Origin: the human T2T-CHM13v2.0 reference genome, Homo sapiens
Direction: 5' to 3' (one strand)
NCBI RefSeq assembly: GCF_009914755.1
Contig: NC_060935.1
Length of the DNA: 64,000 nucleotides
In this document: piece after piece, positions 61,300 to 64,000 of the stretch
Layout of the letters: each line of letters begins with the position of its first letter
Numbering within the stretch: the stretch's first letter is position 1
Notes under the pieces: generated by a model
Database searches by the model: none
Told to the model about the DNA's origin: nothing
Seen by the model: only the letters and a program-made list of their open reading frames with translations
Program-made: the position numbers and the translations under genes

Positions 61300-62270
61300 A
61301 CCAGGTAGTCATAGCTAACCTTCACTGGGTACCTACAGTGTGCCAGACAATATTTTAAACACCTAACATATGTATTATTTTGTTTTATTCTTCATAACAA
61401 CCCTATGAGATAGGAACTATTATTATACCCATTTTACAGATAAGAAAACTGAAGCACAGAGATTTGAACTTGCCCAACATCACACAGCTAGAAAGTGGTA
61501 GAAACCAGGATGCAAATCCCAGGCAATCAACTGCACACTCAAGAGTTCTTAGCCAGCATCCATGGTATTGGCATGTAGCTAGTGTTCATGAAGGTTTGAT
61601 GAACAGCAGAAGGAAGGAAACTTGAGATCTAAATAAATGATATGAAGTCTCTAGATTACATGGAACTGGGGTCAAGAGGGCAACCCGACTTGCCCATTGG
61701 TTTGTTCTTTGACTTGGCCCCAGCTAAATGCAGTGGGGTTGGCTGTCTAGTGGTGTGGTCTGGAGTTGGAATGGTTATCACACTTTCTGGAATAGTGTGT
61801 GTGTGTATGTGTTTCTGAGTGTGAATGTGTGTGTGTGTGTGTGTATATACACTGCCCATCTCAGCTCCCAACTGTGAGAAAATGGGGACAGGATTGTACT
61901 TACGGGTCACAGAGCACCAAGTCTCTGCCAACCACCTATCCCAGCCTCCACCTGCTGCTGCCAGATGAACCTCTGTGGTAGAAATAGGAAGCATGTTCCT
62001 ATTCTTGTGGCCTCAAGAAAGGGCTCCTGGGGCAGAATGCAGAGTGGTGTGTCTGGTACTTGAGTGTATGATCAAACTGATGTACATTCAAATTCCTACT
62101 CCACTTAGGTTACCAAATTCCTCTAAGCTCAGTTTTGTCTTCTGTTAAATGAAGGTAATAGTCTGTGCCTCAAGGAATTGTTACAATGATTAGATGAGAT
62201 AATACACATAAGAATGGTGAGTGCAGAGCCTGACCTTAAGTGCACGATAAATGGTAGGCATGGTGGTTGG
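61300..62270. mobile_element. MIR fragments (~61300-61530, ~62060-62270) and imperfect (TG)n ~61795-61845
   Basis: cccattttacagataagaaaactgaagcacagaga MIR core. Confidence 0.72.
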
Positions 62271-62394
62271 GCTTACAGTGTTGAGTACAGAAGGGGACTC
62301 TGGGTATGTTAATAAACTATTCTAAGTCTTCTGGTAAGAGTGTGTTTCTGTTTCCTCCCCAGCCTCCTCAAGACCTAGATGGAGCCTAGGGAAT

Positions 62395-63048
62395 AATTTA
62401 TTATTTATTTATTCATTTATTTATTTATCGAGACTGAGCTCTGTTGCCCAGGCTGGAGTGCAATGGTGCGACTGTGGCTCTCTGCAATCTCCGCCTCCTA
62501 GGTTCAAGCGATTCTCCTTCCCCAGCCTCCCGAGTAGCTGAGATTACAGACGTGCTCCACCACGCCCGGCTAATTTTTGTATTTTTAGTAGAGATGGGGT
62601 TTCGCCACGTTGCCCAGGCTGGTCTCGAACTCCTGACCAGAGGTGATCTGCCCACCTCGGCCTCCCAAAGTGCTGGGATTATAAGCGTGAGCCACCACAC
62701 CCTGCTAGAAGGAATAATTAAAATAGCATTCAGTTTGTGTGATGAGTGTTCTGAGGAGGGGAACAGAGATGCGGGGAGCTGGCTTAGGAGTGTGGCGCTC
62801 CTCAGTGCGCAGTGGGAGCCACACCACTCCTGCCTTCTGCCTGGCCTCGCAAGTTCAGAGCTGCTGCCTTGTCAAGAAAAATCCATGGGCCAGGCGCAGT
62901 GGCTCACGCCTATAATCCCAGCACTTTGGGAGGATGAGGCAGGCAGATTGCTTAAGGCCAGGAGTTCAAGACTAGCCTAGGCAACATGGCAAAACCCCAT
63001 CTCTACAAAAAATGCATAAAAATTAGCCAGCATGGTGGTGTGCACCTG
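62395..63048. mobile_element. Alu 62395-62705 (-) and partial Alu 62887-63048 (+)
   Basis: Alu motifs; the 178-aa ORF 62444-62980 is Alu-derived. Confidence 0.88.
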
Positions 63049-64000
63049 GTCTTGAAGATCCACTGAGCAATCAAGATACCCTCCTGGGACGTCAGGCCTC
63101 AGATCTGCAGCAGCTTTTCTACATCAGGTTGGAGGAGAATATTTGAAGTTCTTATCTTCCTCCAAACGTAAGACCACAGGCCCACAAATGGAAGGCTGAA
63201 CAGACAGCTGTGTCCCCTTGCTGTCTGGCCGCCTCAGACACCACAGATCTCCCGGTATCACTTTATCCATTAGGCCTTGGCAGGGAGGCCACAAGTGGGC
63301 TGTCTTGTTCCGGCCTGTGGCTGCCAGCCTTACAGACCAGTGGAGCAGGAGAGATGGGCCTCAGAGGAAGAGCGGTGGGACACCAGGAAAACCGCCTCGG
63401 TGAGATGGCCTGCATTGTGCGTGACTGGTGAAGACTTCCGAATGGGATGACTCCCAGGGGGTGTTGAGTAAACAGACGGTTGCTGTTTGCTGTGCAGCTG
63501 GCTCCGAAGGATGTGGAGGATGGAATCTCAGTATGTGAAGTTTTTTTTGGTTTGTTTTTTGTTGTTTGGTTTTTTAATGTTCCTTTTCCATCTTCTGCAT
63601 GCTGGGGCACCAGCCGCTGCCCCAGAATGGGTTGTCCTGGGAAACAGGTCATGCAGGGCTACCGATGTTTAGTCTGGAAAAGACATGCAGAGATAAGGAA
63701 GATGTTGAGGCAGGACAGAACCAGGCTCCTGTTAGTCCAACAAAAGTTTACTGAGCAGTGACTTTGTGTCAGGCACCTGGGAATTGTGCCGCATTCTGAA
63801 GGTACAATCATGAATAAGACCCTGACCACAAGGAGCCCTCAACCTCTTGAAGAAGACAGACCCAAGCAGATGACTTCAACATAATGTGGTATGATGGAGA
63901 GGGATGGAGGGTATCTCTCCTCTAAGAGTGAAAGGGCTGTCAACTGAAAAACGGATGCCTATTTTGTGAACTTTTTTTTTTTTGAGATGGAGTCTCCCTG

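Overview
Human (primate) genomic DNA, very Alu-rich, with old L1M, L2, MIR, MaLR/ERVL LTR and DNA-transposon debris. It covers about 47 kb upstream of UBASH3B (STS-1/TULA-2; 11q24 from prior knowledge), its CpG-island promoter, coding exon 1 (ATG 47687, donor after 47847) and the first 16 kb of intron 1. The upstream region holds two retrocopies. One is a full-length, disabled GLUL processed pseudogene (minus strand, probably GLULP3) nested in an Alu tail. The other is a 2.9-kb SAFB retrocopy bounded by a 15-bp target-site duplication; its 3' exons are spliced, but it appears to keep about 2.3 kb of intron with an intact 3' splice site (a semi-processed, intron-retaining retrocopy). This is the most unusual element here. 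Other notable items: a strong-Kozak 4-codon uORF ending 3 nt before the UBASH3B ATG, a ~245-bp copy of promoter-proximal DNA pasted 7 kb upstream, a 43-bp tandem duplication giving a TGACAG cluster, a 94-bp tandem duplication, and several templated-insertion scars inside Alus. Almost all ORFs in the supplied track are Alu-derived or GC-content artefacts. Repeat boundaries and subfamily names are by-eye estimates.
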